Below, piece by piece: positions 1 to 10,835 of a stretch of DNA of 34,056 bases. Below the pieces are notes generated by a model. The model was given only the letters and a program-made list of their open reading frames with translations, made no database searches and was not told the DNA's origin. Each line of letters begins with the position of its first letter. Positions within the stretch are counted from its first letter, which is position 1. The stretch is from Octopus bimaculoides (lineage: Eukaryota), in NCBI RefSeq assembly GCF_001194135.2, contig NC_068995.1, forward strand, positions 12,011,560-12,045,615, given 5' to 3'. Made by a program: the position numbers and the translations under genes.

Positions 1-354
1 CTGAATGTTCTCAGGATCCATCCAGCCAATCGTCTGCACTTTGTTGCCATTCTGGTAATGTGCACTTGGAGAGAGGTATCATCACTCATGTCGATACCCA
101 GGTCTTTCACTGATTTAGGCTCTGGGATTGAAATTCCCTGTGGACCAGTGTACTCTGTAAGTTTAATATTCAGTTTTGGACGTTGGTAGCGCAGGGCTTG
201 GAATTTTTCAGCATTAAACTGCATATTATTGTCCTCAGCCCATCTGTAAACTGAGTCCAATTCCTGCTGCAGGTGTGCAACATCACTGGAGTTCTGTATT
301 TTCTGCGAGACTTTTGTATCGTCTGCGCAGCTTGCAAGAGTGGCTATCCGGGCT
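1..354 (-). mobile_element. CR1/L2-superfamily LINE reverse transcriptase fragment (C-terminal RT and thumb region), 5'-truncated, running off the window edge
   Basis: Manual translation of the minus strand 353->3 is stop-free for 117 codons: ARIATLASCADDTKVSQKIQNSSDVAHLQQELDSVYRWAEDNNMQFNAEKFQALRY...VKDLGIDMSDDTSLQVHITRMATKCRRLAGWILRTF. It shows the xADDTK catalytic motif (318-329), LQxxLDxxxxWxxxNxMxFNxxK and the KDLG thumb motif typical of CR1-type RTs. It abuts (TA)n at about 355. Confidence 0.9.
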
Positions 355-916
355 ATATATATATATATAGTATTATATTACATACGTAGTGTGTGTATCG
401 CTTTATGAGCGTTTGCATATGTATTCTGCAATTCAGCATACACACAGACATGTATGTGTATGTGTCTCTGTGTGCGTGTATGTGTGTGCATGTATGTGTG
501 CGCGCGCACATATGTACATACGTTTCTGTTATGTACGTGTATTTACGTACATATGTTTGACTTTGGAGTAACGTCGAAGCTCTGTTGCTAATATTTGATC
601 GTTATAAAAGGACCAGCTCGCTCTGGGAGCTAAAACATTTATGGGTAATTGCGCATAAATGTTGTATGATAGCTAATAAGTTAAACATACAAGAAGTGTC
701 ATTTCAAGCAAACAATTTGAAGATAATTCCTTAACCGTGTATAATATGAGGTGCTATGCTGGCTGAAACATTGTGGATTCACACATAAATAGACGTCTAT
801 ATAAATAGCATGTTGTACAATCTACGAGCCGCTATAATCACCAATGTATCAACGAATACATGAACATACATACAGTAAACAAACAGCCTCAGATTATAGG
901 TCTATGTATCAACACT

Positions 917-953
<37 letters not shown>

Positions 954-1132
954 NNNNNNNNNNNNNNNNNNNNNNNNNNNNNNNNNNNNNNNNNNNNNNN
1001 NNNNNNNNNNNNNNNNNNNNNNNNNNNNNNNNNNNNNNNNNNNNNNNNNNNNNNNNNNNNNNNNNNNNNNNNNNNNNNNNNNNNNNNNNNNNNNNNNNNN
1101 NNNNNNNNNNNNNNNNNNNNNNNNNNNNNNNN
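954..1132. other. Assembly gap (N-run) flanked by (TA)n and (GT)n
   Basis: 179 Ns. Confidence 0.99.
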
Positions 1133-1299
1133 GTGTGTGTGTGTGTGTGTACGTGTGTGTGTGTGTGTGTACGTGCGTGTGTGTGTGTGTGTGTGTGTAC
1201 GTGTGTGTGTATGTATATATATATATATACACATATATAATTATAGTTCTATGAATATATATATATTTATATGTGCGTATATATTTATATGTATATATA

Positions 1300-1334
<35 letters not shown>

Positions 1335-1358
1335 ATGTATATATGTATGCATATATGT

Positions 1359-1394
<36 letters not shown>

Positions 1395-1630
1395 ATGTAT
1401 GTATGTTTTATGTATATAGAATTGTGTGTGTGTATATATATATATATGTGTGTGTCTGTGTGTATTTATTTGTATATACATATTATGTATATGTATATAT
1501 GTATATATATATATTTATATATATGTATATATATACATATATATACATTTATTTATTTATATGTATATATATGCATGTATGCATGCATGTATGTTTTATA
1601 TATAAATATATATGTGTGCATATATGTATG
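1133..1630. repeat. Compound (GT)n/(TA)n/(GTAT)n microsatellite field
   Basis: Directly visible di- and tetranucleotide repeats. Confidence 0.95.
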
Positions 1631-2094
1631 CGTGCATATCCATCTCATATATTCCCGTGCGAATAAAATTAGCCATTTGCTTGAGCTTTCGGGATCTGAA
1701 ATAATGATAAGGGATTAGGGCTCTGGACAATTTTTGTGAAAAATCTGCTATACATTCCTGCAATTATTCCGGCAAAATGGTGAACGAATATACTTAGAAA
1801 GTGATACCTTCACTGTTACTATAGCTACGAGGAGATACCTGCTACCTGCCCTAACGTATCACAATTCATAATAAAAATTGGAGCTTGTGCATATGCCTCT
1901 GAAATGTATCCCGTTTATCATTGCATTTCTATGGATTATGAGTGTCTACGCATGTATTTTTGCTTTTATTTTATGGCTTTATTGAGTAATTATATTTTCA
2001 AGTTTGTGAGTGTGTGCATGAATGTACACACATATACACATGAACGCAGGTAGACACAAAAACATACACATATATGTATATTCATGTATATATA

Positions 2095-3012
2095 NNNNNN
2101 NNNNNNNNNNNNNNNNNNNNNNNNNNNNNNNNNNNNNNNNNNNNNNNNNNNNNNNNNNNNNNNNNNNNNNNNNNNNNNNNNNNNNNNNNNNNNNNNNNNN
2201 NNNNNNNNNNNNNNNNNNNNNNNNNNNNNNNNNNNNNNNNNNNNNNNNNNNNNNNNNNNNNNNNNNNNNNNNNNNNNNNNNNNNNNNNNNNNNNNNNNNN
2301 NNNNNNNNNNNNNNNNNNNNNNNNNNNNNNNNNNNNNNNNNNNNNNNNNNNNNNNNNNNNNNNNNNNNNNNNNNNNNNNNNNNNNNNNNNNNNNNNNNNN
2401 NNNNNNNNNNNNNNNNNNNNNNNNNNNNNNNNNNNNNNNNNNNNNNNNNNNNNNNNNNNNNNNNNNNNNNNNNNNNNNNNNNNNNNNNNNNNNNNNNNNN
2501 NNNNNNNNNNNNNNNNNNNNNNNNNNNNNNNNNNNNNNNNNNNNNNNNNNNNNNNNNNNNNNNNNNNNNNNNNNNNNNNNNNNNNNNNNNNNNNNNNNNN
2601 NNNNNNNNNNNNNNNNNNNNNNNNNNNNNNNNNNNNNNNNNNNNNNNNNNNNNNNNNNNNNNNNNNNNNNNNNNNNNNNNNNNNNNNNNNNNNNNNNNNN
2701 NNNNNNNNNNNNNNNNNNNNNNNNNNNNNNNNNNNNNNNNNNNNNNNNNNNNNNNNNNNNNNNNNNNNNNNNNNNNNNNNNNNNNNNNNNNNNNNNNNNN
2801 NNNNNNNNNNNNNNNNNNNNNNNNNNNNNNNNNNNNNNNNNNNNNNNNNNNNNNNNNNNNNNNNNNNNNNNNNNNNNNNNNNNNNNNNNNNNNNNNNNNN
2901 NNNNNNNNNNNNNNNNNNNNNNNNNNNNNNNNNNNNNNNNNNNNNNNNNNNNNNNNNNNNNNNNNNNNNNNNNNNNNNNNNNNNNNNNNNNNNNNNNNNN
3001 NNNNNNNNNNNN
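2095..3012. other. Assembly gap (N-run) flanked by (TA)n
   Basis: 918 Ns. Confidence 0.99.
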
Positions 3013-3058
<46 letters not shown>

Positions 3059-3609
3059 CATACATATAAGTTACACAAACGATGTGTATTGCACATTGAT
3101 GTATCAAGGGTTGAACAGAGAGAATACAAGGAGAGAAGTTAGACGAAACAGAGTAAACCGGAAAGTAGACGAAAACTAAACGGACGGGAAATTACACAAC
3201 GATAAGACACACAGTGTATTCGCAGCTGAGTTGTCCTCTTCAGTCAAACACACAAAATATTACAGTATCACGCCAATTACCTTTGATACTGTTTAATTTG
3301 GCAGGCGCTGATACTCTTACTAAGCTACTGGGAAAATGCTAGTGAATATGTGCTAAGACAGAAACAAACAAGACATTATATATAAATACAACAGACAAAG
3401 AATTATGCATATATAACAGTACGAAGCCTTACGGCTATATATGAACGAAGTAATACAAAAAAAGTAGTAATTATTATACATATATCATAAATACAACAGA
3501 ATGAGCTTTGCAGCTGTCCGGTAAACTAGGTGGGGTTGCGCAAAGAGAATATAGAATTAGTCCTAGAGGACACAACGGACGTAGTAAGTATATGCATATA
3601 TGTTGTTAA

Positions 3610-3800
<191 letters not shown>

Positions 3801-4949
3801 GTTAATAAGCTTATATGTAATTATATATATATTGTTTACATGTATATATATATGCGTTTCAATTGATATACACATATTTATCTACATATATACATGTTAA
3901 TATAATTTATACGTAGATGTGTGCATAAATCTGTGTGTAAGTGTATAGGTATATAAATGTACTTTCATATATATGCTCACATATATATATGTATTTCTGT
4001 ATGTATGTTTGTCTGTGTGCGCGAGTGTATGTGTGTATGTATGAATGTATGTATATATTTATGTATGTATGTATGTATGTATGCATGCACGCATGTGTCT
4101 ATTGATTACTGTAGGTATTAATAATTCTTCCAGCTCAAGCCGTTCAACAATATTTTTAATTTCACAGTTTGCAAGGATTGATAATAGAATTTAAAACATT
4201 GAATGGGAGAAACCTGTACTTCTTTTTCCTTTATTTCCTCTTACGATGCGAAACTTAGCGATTCTAATTCATTACTAATTCTTCTGTAATTAAGAAATGA
4301 TACGCTGGTTGATTTATGTAGGCGCCAACGCTTTTATTAGAAACCTTTTCATCAATATAAGATAATGAAAATATAGACCGCTGAGGAGGATTGCGTTAAC
4401 TCTTTTTCTCCCTTGCAAAATGAAAACAAAAGAAAAATCTCCTACACTGCACCAATTGACAAAAAGAAAATAAAGACGAAAGTTGGTCAAGTATTGTGGG
4501 ATTCTATTTATCGCTCAGTATATAGTCTCCAAGAGAACAAGTAAGCGACAGTGATTGAGAGAAATATACGGATGGTGGGTGAGAGAGAGAGAGAAGGAGA
4601 ACGATGAGAGAGAAAGAGAGAGAAAAAAAATCACGAGAAAAATGTTTTATTTATCTTTCATTAATTAATCAAAGTTACATAAAAGGAAAGAGAATCGATA
4701 AAATTTTGAAGAGAACAAACATATAACTTCGGAATATTTGAATCGTTTCATTTCAATGTTAAAATATAAAGTTTTATCTTTGTGTATCGTTTGAAAAAAA
4801 GGAAAAATATCTTCTTTTACTTAAATACACATCTTTCTCACTTCAAATCTAATCGGTTTTCTATTCATTTCCACTTAATAATTGTCCGCTTGCATAACCA
4901 TATAATTTATCGGATTTTGCTAATGATTTTCGAGAATTGCAACTGAAAA

Positions 4950-5110
4950 GCCTATGGATATGTCGTTAAGAAATCTGCTTTTGAAGCATATAGTTCTGAG
5001 TTCGATTCCATGGTGCGATATACTGGGCAGGTAAGTTTTATCATATGCTCCACTTAAACAATGTCTTCTAAGTGAAGTTTGGTTGACGGAAACTGTGCGG
5101 AAGAATACCT
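4950..5110 (+). mobile_element. Degenerate SINE-B 5' portion
   Basis: B-box-like gagttcgattcc at about 4978-4989 and tttggttgacggaaactg, which matches tttggtagacggaaagtg of the SINE-B copy at about 24534-24551. Confidence 0.55.
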
Positions 5111-5226
5111 TATCTGCATACATATGGATAGATAGGTAAACATGTGTTTGTAAGTATACCATCTCCTTTTTACAGTTCCGTTATTTCCTCCAAGTTCCTC
5201 TTCACATAATACTGATTTCAAATTTT

Positions 5227-5426
5227 AGCACAAGGCCAGTAAGCTCGGCAGAATAGGCAAGTCGATTGCAACGACCGCCAGTACTGAACTGGTACTTATT
5301 TTATCGACCCCGAAAGTATGAGAGGCAAAGTGGATCTTGACGGAATTTGAATTCAGGGCGTGAAAACGAGCGAAATGTCACAGAGCACTTCGCGCGGCGC
5401 GCTACAGATTCTGCCAGCTCGCTGCT
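5227..5426 (-). mobile_element. SINE-A (tRNA-derived SINE), near full length
   Basis: Collinear with the copies at 14017-14448: agcacaaggcc...ctggtacttattttatcgaccccgaaag...ggcaaagt...ggaatttgaa (B box on minus strand)...ttctgccagctcg (A-box region). Confidence 0.85.
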
Positions 5427-6854
5427 TTCATGTTTGCATAATATTAGAAATTGAGAAATATTTTGGAAAGATAATTTTCTCAAACTTCCGCTTCCGTGAA
5501 GGTGAATGTCTTGTGAGCCATTTCCCGCGAGAGAAGGATATTATACGTTATATTTATATACGCTTATATTCATTTTTATAAATATTCAGAAAAATTTCTT
5601 TCGATATCCAAACAAAATGCTCCGGGCAATAGAACTAAATGGAAGATCCTAGACAGATCTGAACGCCAAAAAAATAGAAGAAAATTTGTTACCTTTGCAC
5701 TGTAGCAAAGAGTGGAAACTGAAACCTCCACAAAAAAAAACAACAAAAAAAACACGTATTTAAAAGCATGATCATAGATATTCAGAAAAATGTAGGCTGT
5801 GTGTGTGTGAGTGTATATAGTGAATTATTTTGTAGATATAAATTGTCAAATGATGCAAATACTGGCCAGAAAAGCGACAATCATATATCCTTCAAACAAA
5901 GCCTTTGCTCTCTATTTGTCCTATACTTGAGTTACGAACACGTCTTTGTTACTCTAACCATCGCCAATGCAATTAATGAATCATCGATAAATTTACCCCT
6001 CGAATTCTCAGTTATCTGTTTGGTTATCACCCGACACCACCACAGATGATGAGGTCACTCCGAGTATGTTCCGTTCTTGCAACAACTCCTCCGAAAAACC
6101 GCGAAGTATATTATCTACCAGTACTTTCGGATGAAGACGAGCTCAGTTATGTTAAAAATTTTGTGAATACAAGCAGAAGAATGTGGTAACATACATAATT
6201 ATTTTTCCTCAACTAGATATTGATAGTTCTAAACATTTTTAAAGGCTTGTAATGTTCGAATCTATAGAAATTTCGTAAGCATTGAAAACGTCTATATTTT
6301 AATGTTAAAAGCAAATCGCAAAATTCGCTCATCATAAATATCAGATATGATTATCAGCAGGCTGCTGCGCATGTTCGATTCGCTAGGACAACCAGCCGTG
6401 ATGTAGGCTTGTGAAGTTTTCTGACCAGCGTTCTTTGATGTACGAAACCAAGATATACTTTTCACTCGCTCAGCCTATTATATCTTTAAGAAAATAGTGA
6501 CGTAGGCGTTATATCACGTAACATGGCAAATACGATATCTTAACTTTATCGAAGATACACCAACATCGAAGAGAATAAACATTACGAGACAACACGAAAT
6601 CAAACAAACATTTTCTTTTTAATGAATTGATATGCCAAAATCGAAAGTACTTGGCAAGTGGCAGCATAAATGATCGTGGTAAGAAAAGTCAATGCTGTAA
6701 AAGTACCACACTGACTCATATGTTGACTCATTTGAAATATTCCTACGATATGCTAACATTCACCTCACGGGTATAAGTCCTTCCTCTCCCCCCTCTCTCT
6801 ATCACTCTCGTGCCCACAGCTTATCTGTTATCTTTTATCTTTTACATGTTTCAT

Positions 6855-7077
6855 CGGGGTCCCATGCTGGGGCACTGTCTTGAAGGGTTAAAGTCGAACG
6901 AATCGACCCCAGTATTTATTGTCTTTTTCTTTATTTTAATCCTGGTACTTATCCTATCGGTCCCTTTTGCCAAGCCGCCATATTAAGGTACGTAAACACG
7001 CCAACATTGGTTGTCAGGTAGTGGTGGTGGAAATACAGAAACAAAGGCACACAGACAGACACACACACACATACATA
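6855..7077 (-). mobile_element. SINE-B 3' half (tail to internal microsatellite)
   Basis: ccatgctggggcac tail motif, gtcgaacgaatcgaccccag, gtaaacacgccaacattggttgtcagg and the (CA)n core, all collinear with the copy at 20561-20919. Confidence 0.8.
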
Positions 7078-7079
7078 TA

Positions 7080-7470
7080 TTGGGTTGTCCGGAAAATTCA
7101 TGCCGAATTTTTTGTCGCTCATAACTTAACATGTTAGAACGCGTCAAATTTATCGACACATATAACATGCCTACATTTCCGGTTAGCGCATACTTCAAAA
7201 GATCTCTTGAGAAAGAAAGTATAAAGTCACTTAATTCGTATCAATTTTGTATCCCTATTAAAATGGAAGATTATAAGGTGCATGTGCATTTTAGACACTT
7301 GATGCCTTTTTATTACCGTAAAAACAAAAAAAAATGCCTCGCAAGCAACAAAAAAGATATGTGCTGTGTACAGTGAAGGTACTTTAGCTGACAGATCTGT
7401 ACGGAAGTGGTTCACTCAATTTAAAGTTGGTGATTGTAGCCTGATTGATGAAGAACACTCAGGCAGACCC
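7080..7470 (+). mobile_element. Mariner DNA transposon 5' fragment (left TIR plus frameshifted transposase N-terminal HTH)
   Basis: TA at 7078-7079 is followed by TIR-like TTGGGTTGTCCGGAAAATTCATGCCGAATTTTT. ATG 7263 gives MEDYKVHVHFRHLMPFYYRK; after a frameshift in the A-run at about 7320-7334 it continues KNASQATKKICAVYSEGTLADRSVRKWFTQFKVGDCSLIDEEHSGRP, the classic mariner N-terminus ending in the GRP motif. Confidence 0.9.
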
Positions 7471-7489
7471 CACTCCTGATACATGTGGC

Positions 7490-7632
7490 ATTGGTGTATT
7501 TCATACCGATACATAATCCGAAGACATAAAACACAAATGTAACCTGAGCGCGATTTGAACCGAGATCTCAGAGAATCAAAACTGTAAGTATTTACTCCTC
7601 TGGCTTTCAAATGAATCCACCAAATTGCCGCT
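7490..7632 (-). mobile_element. Old, degenerate SINE-A copy truncating the mariner fragment
   Basis: Minus strand reads agcggcaatttggtgg...cggttcaaatcgcgctcaggttacatttgtgttttatgtcttcgg, alignable by eye to the SINE-A sequence ttcaaattccgccgaggtcgactttgcctttcatcctttcgg. Confidence 0.45.
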
Positions 7633-8561
7633 TTTACAACTGTTTTCTTAAATGATAAATGTGACATTAGTGTATTTCATAACGATACGTTATTCTTGGT
7701 GAAAGAAGAAAACCCGATTGACAACGCATCAATCTTAATTCTAATCCACTCACCTAACTGCTAAAAATATTAATATCATAAGAATTCAAACCAGACAACT
7801 CGATATCGTTCGATATTACTGGCGACTGTTCGATTGACTAATGGCTAAAATAGTCAGGAAGGAATATTTTCGGCATTTATTATATCCCCTTTTAATAATA
7901 TTACCATATCTCTGAATTACTTATGTATCACTTGCTACTTAGCTCAACTACAGATCAATATTTATCTACTTATGCCTCTCCCACTTCGTTCTCTTTCTTC
8001 CACCGCTACTACAACGTTATCTGATCTCTGCCTTCTCTGAACTAGTGATACGGTGTACACTTCAGTACACTGTTCTGCAGTGTATTGTACAACAATACTG
8101 CACAATTTAGTGTACAATATTGCTGCCTACTTGTTTTCTGCCTCGGTTTAATCAACCGGTACTGTTCTCAACTCTCTTCCGAGTAATGCCTTATCGACGT
8201 GCTAGAAATTGCAGTCACATCTTACTCAAATTACACATCGAAGTCTTAAAAAAAACTTATCGGAACATATAGTTCCTGACGTATATACTAACAATCTAGA
8301 TGATAATATCTTTCATTTTAGATTTACTCTATCTGGAGATAATCTATAAACCCGTTTGTTTACAGGATAAATAATTAGTCGTCTATTCTCTTGTACAACA
8401 ACCGAATAGCAGGAATTGTAAACGAGTAATTTCTCCCTTTTTAATGATTTACCAAAAGACTGGAGATTTCTATGATGCAGATAACAACACACTTGAATAC
8501 ATAAATTTTAGACTTCTGATTTAGTCTCAAAGATCACACAGAGCCATGGAACATAATTGTT

Positions 8562-8833
8562 GTTCCCAATGACTTTTAGTTGTTTCCCGAGGTGAAAGAA
8601 GACCTTAGGATCAGTCGTCTTGGATACACTGAGAGGGTGAAGAAGGCTGTGACAGGAGTCCTAGACACCTTTAATTTGGAGGACATCCACGGAGCCTTCA
8701 GGAAGTGGATGGAGCGCCACAAGTACATTGAAGTCAGAGGATCCTACTTTGAAGGTGATTCAAGCTTTGTACTTCTTTCAAATAAATAAATGTCTATCCT
8801 GAACAATTCTTAAAAGTTCTGGAATGACCCTCG
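8562..8833 (+). mobile_element. Mariner DNA transposon 3' fragment (transposase C-terminus plus right TIR), different family from 7080-7470
   Basis: VPNDF*LFPEVKEDLRISRLGYTERVKKAVTGVLDTFNLEDIHGAFRKWMERHKYIEVRGSYFEGD contains a decayed (SPDL)APxDF(W)LFP motif and the typical GxYFEGD end. Right TIR-like AAAAGTTCTGGAATGACCCTCG at 8812-8833 (reverse complement CGAGGGTCATTCCAGAACTTTT). Confidence 0.85.
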
Positions 8834-9387
8834 GTTATCTATAAATGTCCACGAGACATAATCCCTCGAACTATGCGCAGCTACCGGTCTGCAACTTTCA
8901 TAAGCAGCTTCGTCAAATGGCCCGTAATATTAGCCTGGTATTGGCAGACGAATATTGTACAAATCAAATACAGTCTATAAATGGAAAGTAGCAATCAGTA
9001 AATTAGTAGTAATTAAACTCATCTACGGTTTTTTTAATGCTTTTTTTAGGACTTCTTCAGTTATCATACGACAACTTGAAACCAATAACGTTGACCAATG
9101 AAACACCCATTTTTAAGATTTACAACTTGCAGCCCCCAATACTAATGTGAACCAATTTTTAGTATAATATTTAATGTAAGTTGTATTGAATAAGGGAGTG
9201 TATAATATTCTAATCACGGATGCAATGCAGCTCCGATGAAGTGGAAATACATCGACATCTAAAGCTTCGGGTAATAGCGACACTACGTATCTGAAATATG
9301 AAAAGAAGTAGAAAATAGCTACAAACGCGTTGAAGATTATAAATATTCGGAAATCAGTGAGCGGGAAGATGTAGGTATTGCCTAGAA

Positions 9388-9545
9388 GTGAATACAAAGC
9401 TGTGGGATATGTTAATCATTGAGATAGAAGAAAAAAAGAAGAAAAAAAAACATACCGCAAATCTTGTTCAAAAGGAAGACAATACGTGGAAGATATATTA
9501 TAGAAAGCTGAGAATGATTCTGAAAACTCAACTCAAGGCTACAAG
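9388..9545 (+). mobile_element. Possible degenerate R4/Dong-clade LINE RT-thumb relic
   Basis: IYYRKLRMILKTQLKA resembles the remembered R4-type pattern EYxRRxRxILKxELNA; short and by-eye only. Confidence 0.3.
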
Positions 9546-9637
9546 ATGTGAAAGTCATAAAGCTTCATAACAACTTCTTTCTGTGTGGTATCATGCCATA
9601 GCATGAAATATATCAGAAGTTTGAGGATATATACATA

Positions 9638-10533
9638 NNNNNNNNNNNNNNNNNNNNNNNNNNNNNNNNNNNNNNNNNNNNNNNNNNNNNNNNNNNNNNN
9701 NNNNNNNNNNNNNNNNNNNNNNNNNNNNNNNNNNNNNNNNNNNNNNNNNNNNNNNNNNNNNNNNNNNNNNNNNNNNNNNNNNNNNNNNNNNNNNNNNNNN
9801 NNNNNNNNNNNNNNNNNNNNNNNNNNNNNNNNNNNNNNNNNNNNNNNNNNNNNNNNNNNNNNNNNNNNNNNNNNNNNNNNNNNNNNNNNNNNNNNNNNNN
9901 NNNNNNNNNNNNNNNNNNNNNNNNNNNNNNNNNNNNNNNNNNNNNNNNNNNNNNNNNNNNNNNNNNNNNNNNNNNNNNNNNNNNNNNNNNNNNNNNNNNN
10001 NNNNNNNNNNNNNNNNNNNNNNNNNNNNNNNNNNNNNNNNNNNNNNNNNNNNNNNNNNNNNNNNNNNNNNNNNNNNNNNNNNNNNNNNNNNNNNNNNNNN
10101 NNNNNNNNNNNNNNNNNNNNNNNNNNNNNNNNNNNNNNNNNNNNNNNNNNNNNNNNNNNNNNNNNNNNNNNNNNNNNNNNNNNNNNNNNNNNNNNNNNNN
10201 NNNNNNNNNNNNNNNNNNNNNNNNNNNNNNNNNNNNNNNNNNNNNNNNNNNNNNNNNNNNNNNNNNNNNNNNNNNNNNNNNNNNNNNNNNNNNNNNNNNN
10301 NNNNNNNNNNNNNNNNNNNNNNNNNNNNNNNNNNNNNNNNNNNNNNNNNNNNNNNNNNNNNNNNNNNNNNNNNNNNNNNNNNNNNNNNNNNNNNNNNNNN
10401 NNNNNNNNNNNNNNNNNNNNNNNNNNNNNNNNNNNNNNNNNNNNNNNNNNNNNNNNNNNNNNNNNNNNNNNNNNNNNNNNNNNNNNNNNNNNNNNNNNNN
10501 NNNNNNNNNNNNNNNNNNNNNNNNNNNNNNNNN
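9638..10533. other. Assembly gap (N-run) followed by (AG)n
   Basis: 896 Ns. Confidence 0.99.
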
Positions 10534-10599
10534 AGAGAGAGAGAGAGAGAGAGAGATAGATATGTGTAGGAACTGTTCATGTATTACCTGGCACGCCGC

Positions 10600-10835
10600 A
10601 ATACGTAACTCTACGCCAAGTCTAAAGAAGGAACGTCTACGTGGTTGCACACGATTTAATGTAAATATCAGCTAAATCTCCTTCAAATCACACATCACTG
10701 TTTTTAGAAAAAAGAAGCGTGGACTTACAAAATTTAATTTTGGATATATATATAGAAATTAAAGGATGGTCGCATCTGGAACCTCGTTCGTTATGTATCT
10801 ACTCTATCAGGGCTGATCAAGGAATAAGCAAAACT
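10600..10835 (+). repeat. Unclassified dispersed repeat, family C (longest copy)
   Basis: 10663-10692 matches 27213-27242 at 24/30; ctactctatcagg at 10799-10811 is identical to 15440-15452. Confidence 0.7.

Noticed and set aside
634-663. 10-bp perfect inverted repeat aacatttatg/cataaatgtt
   Set aside because: An AT-rich stem of this size is expected by chance in 34 kb, and there is no supporting context.
5768-6049. 93-aa ORF with a possible ttttgtag acceptor
   Set aside because: No convincing donor, no recognisable protein, and it begins in a (GT)n tract.
7080-8833. One intact mariner spanning both transposase fragments
   Set aside because: The TIRs are non-cognate and the catalytic core is absent between the fragments.
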